DNA of 64,000 bases from Candidatus Bathyarchaeota archaeon. Lineage in GTDB: Archaea > Thermoproteota > Bathyarchaeia > Bathyarchaeales > DTEX01. The stretch is taken from assembly GCA_963714275.1 (NCBI GenBank), contig CAVQNT010000007.1, positions 128,001 to 192,000 of the forward strand, given 5' to 3'. Made by a program: the position numbers and the translations under genes. The notes beneath the pieces were generated by a model. That model saw nothing but the letters and a program-made list of their open reading frames with translations, did not search any database and had not been told where the DNA came from. Each line of letters starts with the position of its first letter. Position 1 is the stretch's first letter. Shown piece after piece: positions 30,260-42,083 of the stretch.

Positions 30260-31771
30260 GTGCATCACGAAATGATCTTAAAGCTTCGAAAACTTCAATC
30301 AATCTTCGTTGTATTATTGATTTGCCTAACTTTCCCAACGTTTACATCAGTCCGCTTAACGGAAGGACAAATAGAACAAAATTACACTTACTATGGCGTT
30401 GTGCCCTCAAAAATTTACGTATATACACTTAATGACGTGAACAACCTAACCTCAGGATGGATACTGGGAAACGAAACTGCACTTAACACGGGGTCTCCAT
30501 TTCATAATGGCTTCACAGTTGCCTTGAAATCAATGCTTGCGATCGTTGCCTCTGAGGATGACACCAATATAGAAATTTTTGATCTATCGACAAGCAATCG
30601 GATTTCCTAAGATCATTTGAATGGCATGGGGAAGCTCCTTGTTTTACTCGATAATGGCACGCAATTTAAAGTAGTCTCAGACAAGATGATTTCTGTTATG
30701 CTTTTGAATTATCAACAGAATCCTCCCGACAATGTTCAGGAGGGACCGCTGCCCCACACCTTTTATCCGTCTATTAATGGCTTATATGTTGACAAAGAAT
30801 TCGTGTTGATGGCTTCTGAACAAACAGCCACTATTCCAAACACGCTTTACACGATACTGACAATAGAAAGGTCCACAGTCACTGTTACTGATGACGAAGG
30901 CAACCAAAATTCGTATGTTCTTGATGCCAACTTTTACAAGTATTTGATGTTTGAACCCTTCAGAGTTTACATAATTGAATCGACAGGCAACATCATGGTG
31001 CAGTCAGGCATAATATTGTCTGCTTTGGGAGGAGCCAACTACAGAAATTCTTATCCTGCGCCTTCAGCTGAAGGAGGATTCGTCGGAAAGTTCTTCTTTG
31101 CAAGGTCAGAAACTGACTGGTACGCTGGAATGGATTATGGATACCTAGCATTGGCTTCTGAGGACACACAGGTGAAAGTGTTTGATCTTGACTCAAAACA
31201 AGTGATAAATGACTTTTCGGTACAAGGAGGAAGCGGAGTCTGGTTCAAACCTTTAGCAAACACCATAGCCGTGCAGAGCGACAAACCAATCACGCTGACG
31301 TTCATCAACAACGGCACCATCCAACAAAATCCAATAAAGTACGGCGTAGGAGTAATGTTCGTCGGCATTCAACCAACCGAAGACACTATGATTTATTTGC
31401 CCACAGCAGCGTACATCGAGGCATACTTCTTCGCAAACGAGGTAACCCAACTGACAATTGACGGTTACACCCAAACAATTCAAGCGGATTCCAGCATTCT
31501 ATACACATTGCCGGGAATTCACATGGTCAGTTCCGACGCCAACGTCGTTCTGCAAATTAACTTCTGGTCGAACGAACCTGAATACCAAGGTCTCTGGTTC
31601 ACTGGCGCAGCAATATCGTGCATCGAAACAGTGGACGCTGTCCCAACTGTAACGTTGACGCCTATTGAGGGCTTTCCGATCATATATGTAGTAATTGGAG
31701 CAGTTGTTGCTGGAGTCGCTGCAATTGTCGGCATTGTAGTAATGAGAAGACGCGGCGGCAAACCCAACTAG
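30260..31771 (+). CDS. Secreted/surface protein with C-terminal TM anchor (interrupted near 30610)
   Basis: Signal peptide; repeated ASEDDT/ASEDT and SDK.I motifs; C-terminal TM followed by RRR. Confidence 0.65.
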
Positions 31772-32008
31772 AGCACTCAAAGGTCTCAACTCATAAAATT
31801 CATGAAGAGATTAAAGACGATTCGAAATATTATTCAATATTGGAACTATGATTTTTTTAAAGAAGGGAAGAATTTGTCAGGACTGCTCTTTGGCACAAGT
31901 GACTGGTCACATAAATATAAACTCTAATGTCATACAAAACAGACTAGACAATTTCATAGGCACTAATGATGAGATGATGGATTCATTTTGATAAATAAGA
32001 ATGTTTTA

Positions 32009-34611
32009 CTAACTAAGCTTGATCTTCAATGTTTGACCTTTTTCTATTAATGTAGGTTCCAGAAGCACTATGATGTTGTTTCGAGTCTTCTTAATTTTCG
32101 CGTTTATTTTTCTGCCTTTCAAAGTCATGGCCAAGGTATTATTTCTATTTTCAACCTTGGGTAACTCAAGCATCTCTAGACGCAATGAACCATATTCGAG
32201 CTTAACACTGAACTCAGCGTCTTCCTTGTTTATTTTCTGTGAATAAAGACCCCAGCCAGTGGCTGTCGAAAAGAAGGTTCTGAAATCCTCCTGATTGACC
32301 TTAGGCGCGAACGCTAAGTACCTTTGTGGCGCGGAATACTTGAATCCCGTTAAAGCAAGAAGAACGGCGTAGCTCGCCATGGAACGGGCGTAATGGTGGC
32401 CACATTCAAATTCGTCCCACGGATTCCGCCTGTCCCCTCTGTGGCGTTCACGGACTCCTTTGACGATGGATAGTCCCTCTTTCAGCATATCTTCGTAAAT
32501 CATGTGGCTGGCAACTTGGTATTCTATGCCACACCAGACTTCGTCAGCGAAATAAAAGGCGTATCCCGGGCGTTCTCCCTTTGGCCACGTGCATATGACT
32601 AACCCAGCGTCGTCGTTAACTGCGTAAATACGTAGAAAACAGGGGTGGTCAGACAAATTAGACTTCCAGTTGTACTTAAAGACCGAATTTAAAGCCTTTC
32701 TAACGTTGGATGCCTTGTAAAGGTACCCAAGACTAAGCATGTGCGCATACCATTGTCCAATCATTTGGTCTGAAAGGCACCCTTTTCCGTACTGCCATTT
32801 TGGCCATTCTTTGAACAAATCGTCTTTCCCGTGTCTTTCAGTCATTTCTTGGTAATGTTTCGGCCAGATTCGATGAGCCATCGGATTCACTTTTTGTTCA
32901 TAGTATTCGCTGTTGAACAGGTTTTCATCGGTCCACTTAGAACCCTTCCTGAACAGTTCGAAATATTCTCTGGCTTTATCGTACTCGTCGAACTTTTCTG
33001 CCATTTTTTGGGCTGCACGGAGAGCGGCAAGATAAAGGCTTCCCATCATGGTGTTGGGTCCATAAAATTCAATATCGTAGGTGTTGTGCTGCATTCCTTC
33101 CATGACGCCATCTTTGTCAGCGTCCCAATACTTCCAAGCGAACTCTAATACTTTTTTTACAGTCGACCAGATTGACTTCAGCCACTCGTCGTCTCCAGAA
33201 ATAAGCCATTCACGATACGCTTGGATGACTATACCCATCTGGCCATCCCCAGCTGGATGAAAACTGGGTTCAGCCTTATTTCCAAGAGGCAAGGGCATGC
33301 GGAAGGTCATGAACCCATCTTTTTCAACGCAGTTGGTCAAATGCGCCTTAAGCATTGACCGTTGAAGGCTAGGAAAAATGTAGGGAAGAGCTTGGGCATA
33401 GTTCCAAACGTGCGTGCAAGAACCTTCGCAGCAGCCGTAAGTGTTACCTGACCCTTCGAAACCGTAAAATGATCCATCCTCCAGACGCAAACAGGTCGTA
33501 GTCTTCAGGGTGGAAAGCTGGGAACTCACCGCATCCATGACGTGAGTGGGTAATGTTGTCGAAAGAAGCGAGTCGCGAAACAGACTTCGTTTCTTCTGAA
33601 AGACGTTTGAGGTTAGTAGCAGAATATTGGATGATCTCCCAAGCGTCTTTCCATACGCTTGAATAATAGTTTCTCCACGTGACAGATTTTTGTTGCTTGT
33701 CTTCTCTCCCCCAATAGCGTTCATAATTCGGGAAGTGCCAAGCAAGAATGAAAACAACTGAAGCCTTAGCGTGAGGTTTAATGACTATATTGGCTGCCAC
33801 GGTTCCAGTGTTTGAACCTTCAATATTTGTCGGTGGAAAACCTTCTGAAAGAACAATTGCTTCCCAGAACTTAGATAATCTTGCATCCTTCCATCGGACC
33901 CAAACCGAAGAATCTGGACAAGTAGTGGCAAGAGCTATTGTTCCGTATTTTGATGAATCAAAAGCAATCTTGGTGTTGGATAAGTAAAGCCCAGTAATTA
34001 TGCCGTCTTTTCTTACTTCGTTATTTTGTCCGCCATCATCTCGATCGCCAATTATGTTGGTAAGATTTCCGTAAACTGTCGCTGAAACTTTTTTGTCGCT
34101 TGTATTTTCAAAACTGTAGACAAAAATAGCGACTGGAATGCTTGAGTCCTTTTCATTTAGTGGAATAAAAGGATTGAACGCCTCGAGAATTACTCTAAGC
34201 GGAACTTCATGATCCTCAAGCTCCAACGTGGCAGTGGGAAAGGTTCCTGTGAAGACAGACTTTTCCGAAATGCGGTAAACCTTGACCAACATCGTTTTTG
34301 TCATGTGAGGAAACAAGAGAATGACCTTCGCCAACATAAGACCCGCCAACAGGACCCTGCAAAATTCTGATGATTGGGGATTCATTGTTAGAATGTACCT
34401 TAAGCGTGAAGAAGGCGAATGGAATTACAAACCCTTTTGAGGGTTTGTTCATGATTTCGAAGTCTCGAAGTTGACCCCATCCTCCTAGGCTTACGGATCC
34501 TGTGCCGATTCCGCCTAAGGGGAAAGCGATTTCGTCTAGGTTCCGTCCGACGTATGAAAGTTGAGGTCCGATGTTGTTTAGGTCTTTCCGTGTGTACCGA
34601 TTTTTTTCCAT
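32009..34611 (-). CDS. GH116 beta-glucosidase/glucosylceramidase (two frameshifts)
   Basis: PLGGIGTG, FNPFIP, GCCEGSCTHVWNYAQ, HNTYDIEF, ECGHHYAR. Confidence 0.9.
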
Positions 34612-34817
34612 TTATGCCACCTTTTTAATGTATCTGTTGAATATATGTTATTTTACATCAATACCAAATTCAAAAATAACATTAACGGTTTATTTAAAAA
34701 ACTATTAACAGGCAACAAGGATAACCGTCCGAAAAACAATAACATGCTAGAAGAAAGAAATCCTGTAGCCAGTATGATTAATAAAAACAGTTAATTCAGT
34801 TTATTTTTTGGTTTTGG

Positions 34818-37176
34818 TTATTTTTGGGAACCGCTTTGAAGAAGCTCTGTAGACCTGAAAATTATCCTGTCCATGTCATCTATGTGGCTTCTGATGCCTA
34901 AGAGTTCTTTTTCAAGATTCGTTAACTTGTTTTGCAGCTTACTGTTTTCGAGCTCGAAAACTGCTTGGGTCAGTTCGCCTAATGAGTATCTTACGTCAAG
35001 TTCTATTATTTGGTCCTTTAACGAGGTAATGTCAGACTTCAAGGTTTATGATATGTTCAATTCGACTACGCCTTGTTGAAATCCATTTTTCAGAAACTGT
35101 GGTTAGACGCTGTTTGCAGATTGAAACCGCTTTTTCAGCCTGTTCATGGTTGGTGATGAGCGACGGATTTTGGTTAAAGAATGATAAGTACTGTTCAATA
35201 ATTGATAGTTCTTTGTCCATGGTGAGTGAGAATAACGCTGAATCAATTTTTAATATTAAGCCTTCCCACTTTCCAAGACTCGGAGAGTAGACTGTTAATC
35301 CAGCCCTGGTTTCTGCCCAGTAATTGCTTTCTATAACGTCCGTGTATCCTCTAACGTATCGGAGGTCTTCGCTTTTTGGGGCGACAATCGTCTTGACTGC
35401 TTTTGATTCTTTGTTTATGATCTCCTTGTTCTTAGATTTTTCAATTGTCGCCTTGGCTCTGATTACACTCCAAGTTTTCTCTTAAAACAAAAAGGTCCTC
35501 AACCGATGCAGATAGCCGTTTGCTGAGGTCTTCCGCAATGAAGTCATATGCGCTCTGTGGAATCTCGCCATTTTTTATTAGCTTGGTGACTTCCTCAAGC
35601 CTTATGGATGTTTCTTCAATCTGCTTGGTGTACTGTTGAAAAGTGGTGATGTTGTCATTTATTTCATTTTCAAGATGTTTTGATGTAACTTCGGGAAGTG
35701 GAGTGATCTTTTTTTCTTCCTGCAGACGAACAGGCTGAAACTCGCTCAATTCAGTTTGAACATTTGCTAAACTCACGGTCAACACAGGCTTTTCGACACC
35801 TTTTGAACGCATGTACCTAAACAACGTGAAAATTGTTACAAGTGCGAAAATTACTGATGGCAGAAACAGGAGGCCTCTCCACTCGTACATGAGAAACTGA
35901 GTTCCCGTAACTACCAAGAATGAACTAAACCCTTCAGGGGGCGCGAAAAGATGGAAAACTTCTTCAAGCGTTTTTCCCTTAACCTCAATCTTGTGTAGGT
36001 CGTTTGTGCCAAGCCCTTTCTGTGCACTAAGCACCAAGCTTGGTATCTTTTCAGCGTCAAAACCCATAATTGTCGAAGCTACGGTGTCAGTGGCTACTGG
36101 GTCTTTCCCAACAATTATTAAACCTAAGTCAACTGGATCTCCATCGTGTGGTCCTTCTCCCTCCATAGCAACTCTTCCATCAATGATTGTTAAGTTGATT
36201 TTTCTTGCTGAGTTAAGATCCGCTATGACGCCACCAAGGTAAGTGTCTCCTACCTGTGTACTGCATTATGAAGCTGCATGTGGTTTGCTGAATTTTGTAC
36301 GCTATAGACCGAGCCCGCTGAAATGCCTACTAGGTTTTTCATCCCTAACGTAACAACAGCAGTGTTGTGGGTTTTCATGCAAGCAAGCGAAATGAAGACA
36401 TCTGCTTCCACAACTTTACTATTGAACTTGAAACTATCAAAAACATAACCCCCTCTGGGAACAGGAACATCAACAATGTCACCATAATTAAGATCGACCA
36501 GCTCCACTCCTGGAATACTAGCTATCGACGAGTACCCTAACAAATTGAAATTCGTCATAGTGTCGCCTTCTCCGGTTCCATCTCCAACCCAGATAACACT
36601 AGGGTTTCTCTGCTTAATGATGTTGATAAGCGCCTGCACAATGGCTGGATCTGTAGTGTCCGGAGGTGATTGGGGACGGACAATGTTTGGTTTTATGAGG
36701 ACTTTTGCGCCTTCAGGAATTATGGACGCGATGCCTCCCAAATAGTCTAAAGCAGTCCGGAGAGACTGGTCCAAATCGTTGTTTTCTACCTGCACAACAG
36801 AAACTTCAGCAGCTTTCTGAGTAAGCGTCGTTCGAGATGCTATAACACTCCAAGGATTGAAAACGATGTTAAAGTACGCTGCCAGTCCTAAAGACAGGAT
36901 TGTGAAACAAAGCAGCGTTGACAGAAGGATCAGATGTCCCCTTCTGGAACGAGTTGCCTTGTTGTAAGCTCTGGGGACAACATTTTTTATGAGGTTAACA
37001 AAAAAGGCAAAAAATGGGTAAACAAGAAATGTGTAACTGTTGACAGCAGCAGCCCTTTGGCAAGGATAAACGATGCGGGAAGGTTTTGTTCCAGATCTGT
37101 AAATCAGCCAAGCAATGCTGGCTAAACCGATGACTAGTGTGCTTTGGTTCAACCTTTTATAGAGATTCTTTGGCAT
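34818..37176 (-). CDS. DUF362 Fe-S protein fused via a TM segment to a CdvA-like coiled-coil region (several frameshifts)
   Basis: KPSRIVYPCQRAA, VLIKPN, KTH...TLGMKN, GEGP; C-terminal ELDVRYSLGEL. Confidence 0.6.
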
Positions 37177-37397
37177 GGAAACCAAATGTGAACCTTCTTG
37201 TTTTGTTCCTAGAATAATCTTTTTCGTCAAGTCTTATGAATATTTCTAAAAGAACAGAAAAATCTGCATTGGGCAATACCTTTTACCCGGTAACAATATA
37301 GCCGTCGCAAAAACATCATGCATTCCTTAACGATTATATTCTGAGGTTTTAAACCTTATAAATGAAGAAAATATGAAATTCTAATTAGTGATGTTCT

Positions 37398-37760
37398 ATG
37401 TCTGGAACAAATGAAGGAATAAAGTCGATGGCTGAACTTCTTCGTTCTGGGGCAACCATGACCAATCTGTCCTGCCCAGCGTGTTCTTCGCCCCTTTTCA
37501 GGTTAAAAAACAAAGTATTATGGTGTGCTCAATGCCAGAAGAAAGTGGTTGTAGTCAAGGAAGACGAAAAGGTTGAGGAACCTCAGATACCAACATCACT
37601 TGGTACGACAAAAACCGTTCTTACAGCCAAAATTTTGGAGATCAAAGAACGTATCCAAAAAGAAAGTGATCTTGACGAACTGCAAAAATTGAGCTCGGTT
37701 TTATCAACTTTGCTCGATGACCTCGACAAGGTAAAAAAGCTTAGAAAACAAAGACTTTGA
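37398..37760 (+). CDS. UPF0148/Sjogren autoantigen-like Zn-ribbon protein
   Basis: MAELLRSGATM...CPACSSPLF...CAQC. Confidence 0.88.
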   Translation: MSGTNEGIKSMAELLRSGATMTNLSCPACSSPLFRLKNKVLWCAQCQKKVVVVKEDEKVEEPQIPTSLGTTKTVLTAKILEIKERIQKESDLDELQKLSSVLSTLLDDLDKVKKLRKQRL

Positions 37761-37778
37761 TTGTTCAGAGGATAAAAC

Positions 37779-38330
37779 TTGATTGGGCTATACGAAAATT
37801 TTCCAGATGTTCATCATGGCATCGCACATTATTCGAGCACGGTTCCAACTCAGGACCTTCAGAGAACTTTGTTGCAGTTTCTGCGAAGGTTGAACGAAAA
37901 AAAGGAGAATCTGAGTCTCGCGGAATTTATTCGACACAAGGTTCGAGTAGAGTTGGATGTTGGAATAGCAGATGGGCTTGCCTTCGACTACCTGAACAAA
38001 GAGAACTTTAAACGCTGTTTGAACGAAATCTCAAAAAACGCGTTGCCTGCACTTGACCTATTCATTGTTGTCCGTTACTATGTTCCCGACGGAGCGAAAC
38101 GGAGGCCACTTAAGTTCGATTATTTCTTAGTAAGGATTCTGTTCAGAGAGCAAGAAGTCGAGATGCTCGTTCATCATGAAAGAGGCCCACGTCATCTTGC
38201 TGTTGAGGAGCTTATCGAGTTTCATTTTAACAGAATCAATCGAGAACTGAAGGCTCAAGGAATGAATCCTTTAGAACATGTTTTAACCCGACTGTCTAAC
38301 TTTTTTAGTCGACCCAAAACCATAGCCTGA
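37779..38330 (+). CDS. Hypothetical protein
   Basis: Uninterrupted ORF in the same orientation as the upstream gene. Confidence 0.7.
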   Translation: MIGLYENFPDVHHGIAHYSSTVPTQDLQRTLLQFLRRLNEKKENLSLAEFIRHKVRVELDVGIADGLAFDYLNKENFKRCLNEISKNALPALDLFIVVRYYVPDGAKRRPLKFDYFLVRILFREQEVEMLVHHERGPRHLAVEELIEFHFNRINRELKAQGMNPLEHVLTRLSNFFSRPKTIA

Positions 38331-38893
38331 ATGTCTTTGGCTGCTTCTTCCATAGACCGTTTGCCGTTAATGCGGATTAACTCTTTTTCTTGGACAAGTT
38401 TGAGGTAGATTTCCTCCACCTTTTTCTGTGTGTCAAGTTTTTCCATGACTGACTTTGTACTTCGATATCGCTGTGTCAAGACCTTAACGGGAACATCGAG
38501 GTAAATGGCTAAGTCGGGTTTCAAAGCCTGATTGTTGATCTCTTTGATCCAGTTTACACTTAGACCAGCTGCGCCTTGATAGGCTAGAGATGAATACACG
38601 TAACGGTCTGAGACCACTATCCTTCCTTTTTCTAACATAGGCTTAACCTCGTTTACAATGTGGTCGGCTCTGTCCGCAGCGAACAGAAGAGCCTCGATAA
38701 CCGTGGGTACGCGGTCTTTTCTTTGCAGAACGTATTTTCTTATGAACCTGCCGATTTCTCTGTCGCTGGGTTCTGTCGTGAAGACTGCGTCGAAGCCTTT
38801 TTTGCATAGAGCCTCAACGAGTAGAACTGACTGCGTGGTTTTTCCGCTTTTGTCAAGTCCTTCGATGCAAACAAAAAATCCTTTTTGGTTCAC
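38255..38893 (-). CDS. tmk: Thymidylate kinase
   Basis: IEGLDKSGKTTQ, LLFAADR, SDRYVYSSLAYQG. Confidence 0.96.
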   Translation of the reverse strand: MNQKGFFVCIEGLDKSGKTTQSVLLVEALCKKGFDAVFTTEPSDREIGRFIRKYVLQRKDRVPTVIEALLFAADRADHIVNEVKPMLEKGRIVVSDRYVYSSLAYQGAAGLSVNWIKEINNQALKPDLAIYLDVPVKVLTQRYRSTKSVMEKLDTQKKVEEIYLKLVQEKELIRINGKRSMEEAAKDIQAMVLGRLKKLDSRVKTCSKGFIP

Positions 38894-39120
38894 TTTCCAT
38901 CACACGTTTTGAAGTCTATTAACGTTCCTGTTAGGCTGATCTTAATCTGTTATATTAACACATTATATTCATTTTGATAACTGTCTTGGTTTAAATAATT
39001 TTAAACACTGATCCCCCCCTTTTACTGCTTGCTGCGCAACTCATTTAAAGGTCAAAGAAAAATTATTGGGCATGCAGGCTCTTGAAGTTGCGGAAGCACC
39101 GTTATCTTGGAGGATTAGTC

Positions 39121-40029
39121 ATGTTCAGGTTCAACAGTAAACAAACGGTTTATGACATCGGCGGAGTAAAAGTAGGCGGAGAAGCAGGCGAAAACCCGAC
39201 AGTCATGATCGGCAGCATCTTTTACAGGGGCGACAAAATCGTCAGGGACGAGAAAACGGGGGATTTTGACAGAGAAAAAGCCCGCGAAATGGTGTCTAAG
39301 GTTGAAGAAATGTGCGAGCGAACTGGACTCTCAGCCATGCTAGACGTGGTTTGCACCTACGCGGAGAACACACGAGGTTATCTGGAATTCGCAGCTGACG
39401 CTACACGTATGCCGTTGTTGGTAGATGCTGTTTCCGAGGAAGCAGCGCTGGCGGGAATGGATTGTGCTAAGGAACTTGGCATAATCGACAGGACAGTTTT
39501 GAACTCCATCACGCCTGAAACCAAAGAAAAAATCTTTGCAAAAATCAGAGAAACAGGCTTAAGGGCAGCTATACTTCTCACTTACAGCACAAAAGCCATA
39601 ATTTCGTCGAAAGAAAGAATCATCCTCCTTGAAGCTATGCTTCCGAAGGCTGAAGCTGCGGGAATAGAGAAGACTCTTGTTGACACGGTTGTGGTTGACA
39701 TCGCCACGCTTGGACTAGCATGCAAGGCGATTCGTGAAGTGAAAGACAGGTTCGGACTTCCCGCTGGGTGTGGAGCTCACAATGCTATCTCTTCATGGAA
39801 AGCCCTCAGAGAAAAGAAGGATAAGTTATTGACTTCAACGTGTTCTTCAGTGGCGAACAGTCTGCCGGTGGCTTTGGGGGCGGATTTCGTTCTGTACGGT
39901 CCGATTAATGAGGCTGCTACTGTCTTTCCTGCTATTGGTTTAGTGAATGCTGCGTATGGGCAGGGGTTGATGGAAGAGGGGAAACGGTTAAGCACGTCTC
40001 ATCCAAGGTTTCGCATAGCCCGATTCTAG
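39121..40029 (+). CDS. mtrH: MtrH-like methyltetrahydropterin:corrinoid methyltransferase
   Basis: MFRFNSKQ...GGEAGENPTVMIGSIFY, GCGAHNA, GADFVLYGPI. Confidence 0.9.
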   Translation: MFRFNSKQTVYDIGGVKVGGEAGENPTVMIGSIFYRGDKIVRDEKTGDFDREKAREMVSKVEEMCERTGLSAMLDVVCTYAENTRGYLEFAADATRMPLLVDAVSEEAALAGMDCAKELGIIDRTVLNSITPETKEKIFAKIRETGLRAAILLTYSTKAIISSKERIILLEAMLPKAEAAGIEKTLVDTVVVDIATLGLACKAIREVKDRFGLPAGCGAHNAISSWKALREKKDKLLTSTCSSVANSLPVALGADFVLYGPINEAATVFPAIGLVNAAYGQGLMEEGKRLSTSHPRFRIARF

Positions 40030-40104
40030 CAGACACTATTCCGTAAGGCTTAATAATTGACGTAGAAACGAATTCTTCTTTAGCCAAAGTCGAAAGCTCC
40101 TCAA

Positions 40105-40183
40105 GCGGCTGTGGTCTAGTCTGGTCTTGGACTCAAGCCTTCCAAGCTTGCAATCCCGGGTTCAAATCCCGGCAGCCGCACCA
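40105..40183 (+). tRNA. tRNA-Gly (TCC), CCA encoded
   Basis: Acceptor stem GCGGCTG/CAGCCGC, anticodon arm CAAGC-CTTCCAA-GCTTG, T-loop GTTCAAATC. Confidence 0.97.
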
Positions 40184-40288
40184 CAATACTTTTTCTATAA
40201 TCATTATAGACCTTTAGTCTGGTCTGATTTGTTCATCAACCGAATTTAAGTCACTAATATTTAAGTCCTAGTAATAAGGGAAATAAGA

Positions 40289-40630
40289 ATGAAGAATCTT
40301 ATAATACATGAGAAATGGCTTAATCTTATTATGGTAGGTGAGAAAGTTTGGGAAATAAGAAGTCAAGATACAAAATTTAGAGGAGAAATAGGCTTAGGAT
40401 ATAGAGGACATCGGTATGGTACTTCTTTGTTAGTAGATGTAAAAGAGAATGTCTTTAGAAGAACTTAACAATATTTTGATAAACACAAAGTACCTTTACA
40501 GGATTTAAAGAAATATTTGCATGGAAAGAACTTTGGTTACACAACCTGTATTAGAACAACATGACATTTTGGGTGTGAAAAACCGTAAAGTCACATAGAT
40601 GATGTGTATATTCCTAGAGCAAGGAGGTGA
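40289..40630 (+). pseudogene. ASCH-domain protein, fragmented
   Basis: Manual translation MKNLIIHEKWLNLIMVGEKVWEIRS (GxKxxEiR motif); several frameshifts. Confidence 0.7.
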
Positions 40631-41512
40631 TAAAAATGAAAAGAAACGATGACGATGACCATGACCATGAAAAGCAACCGTGGAGCTTTAATAAAAAACT
40701 GAGTGTCGTAATACTCATATGCATAATAGCAGGTGCAACAGCTGAATTTAGCATAAGAATGATAGTAACGATACCAGCAGGTTACAAAGGAGTGGTATTG
40801 ACATTTGGTCAAGCAGTATATGTTCTAGATGAAGGATTACATTTCATCAATCCAATATCAGACCAAGTGGTTCTCATGAACATCATGATTAACAAAGTAG
40901 AAACTGAAGAATCAGCAGCATCTCAAGACTTGCAGGAAGTAACAGCCACTTTAGCTGTGAACTACAAACTAGAACCTGCATACGTTCTTGACACATATAA
41001 AAACATGAGGAATGAGTACGAAGATACTGTGATAAAGCCAAATATTGAAGAATGCATCAAAGCAGTAACTGCGACCTTTAAAGCAGAAGAACTCATAACA
41101 AAACGTGCGGAAGTCAAAGACTAAAGTGGATGAATTATTGAGTACAAGATTGCAACAGTACCACATTGATGTCATATCAGTGTCTATCACAAACTTCGCA
41201 TTCTCAACCGAGTTCAACAAAGCCATAGAAGCGAAAGTTACTGCTGAACAGCGAGCATTGGAAGCAAAGAATAAGCTGGAGCAGATTAGATATGAGGCTC
41301 AGCAACAGGTCATTCAAGCTGAAGCATACTACAATGCAACGATAACCAAAGCCAGAGCAGACTCAGAGGCTATGCTACTTCTAAAAATATCATTAAGTTC
41401 AGAATACCTACAGTATCAAGCATTGCTGAAATGGGACGGAAAACTGCCATATCTGTTTGGTGGTGGTGTGTTGCCGTTCATTGACATATCCACTAATTCC
41501 ACAAAACCATAA
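40627..41512 (+). CDS. Prohibitin/SPFH-domain protein (frameshift near 41115)
   Basis: IPAGYKGVV, EGLHF, AASQDLQEV, FNKAIEAKV, KWDGKLP. Confidence 0.9.
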
Positions 41513-41596
41513 CCTCTCTAGCTAACTCACTAGTTTTCATTGTTTGGTGACTAAAATCTCATATACAGCCATTAGCTAGCTAGCTATAATTTAACT

Positions 41597-41857
41597 TTAG
41601 TTTTCAAGATCCTCGTAAGCATTGTTGTATCCAGCATCATAAAGCTTAATCAGGACTTCATATAAATCCGTCGTGTGTCTTGAAATAGGCTTTCCCTCTT
41701 TCGTAGCATTAATGATAAAATTAGGATCGGTTTGAAGAAGAAAGTCCTTGATTATATTTAACTTATCCATTTCTTCTATTAATTTTGAAATTTCTTTTAA
41801 TGCTTTTGTTACAGCTTCAGTCCTCTTATTTACTTGGCTCAATTCTTTTATCACCAA
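41597..41857 (-). CDS. Hypothetical protein
   Basis: ORF track; AT-rich. Confidence 0.45.
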   Translation of the reverse strand: MVIKELSQVNKRTEAVTKALKEISKLIEEMDKLNIIKDFLLQTDPNFIINATKEGKPISRHTTDLYEVLIKLYDAGYNNAYEDLEN

Positions 41858-42083
41858 TACGATTTAATTGAATTGGAATATTTATAGAGTATTAATCTTT
41901 CATACATTTAATAAATCCTAAGAAAACCTCTGTCTTTAAACTAGTTATACTAGCTTAAACCTAGACATTAGCGATTCTTAGAATCCAAACTTGATTAATT
42001 ATTTTATTTTTACAAATCCAAGATTTGGTTTATAGATTTATAAAAAGAATGTTTTTGTTATTCTGGAATTGTTTTCTTTTTGT

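Noticed and set aside
39121-40029. Evidence of methanogenesis from mtrH
   Set aside because: A stand-alone mtrH without mtrA-G or mcr in the window does not support it.
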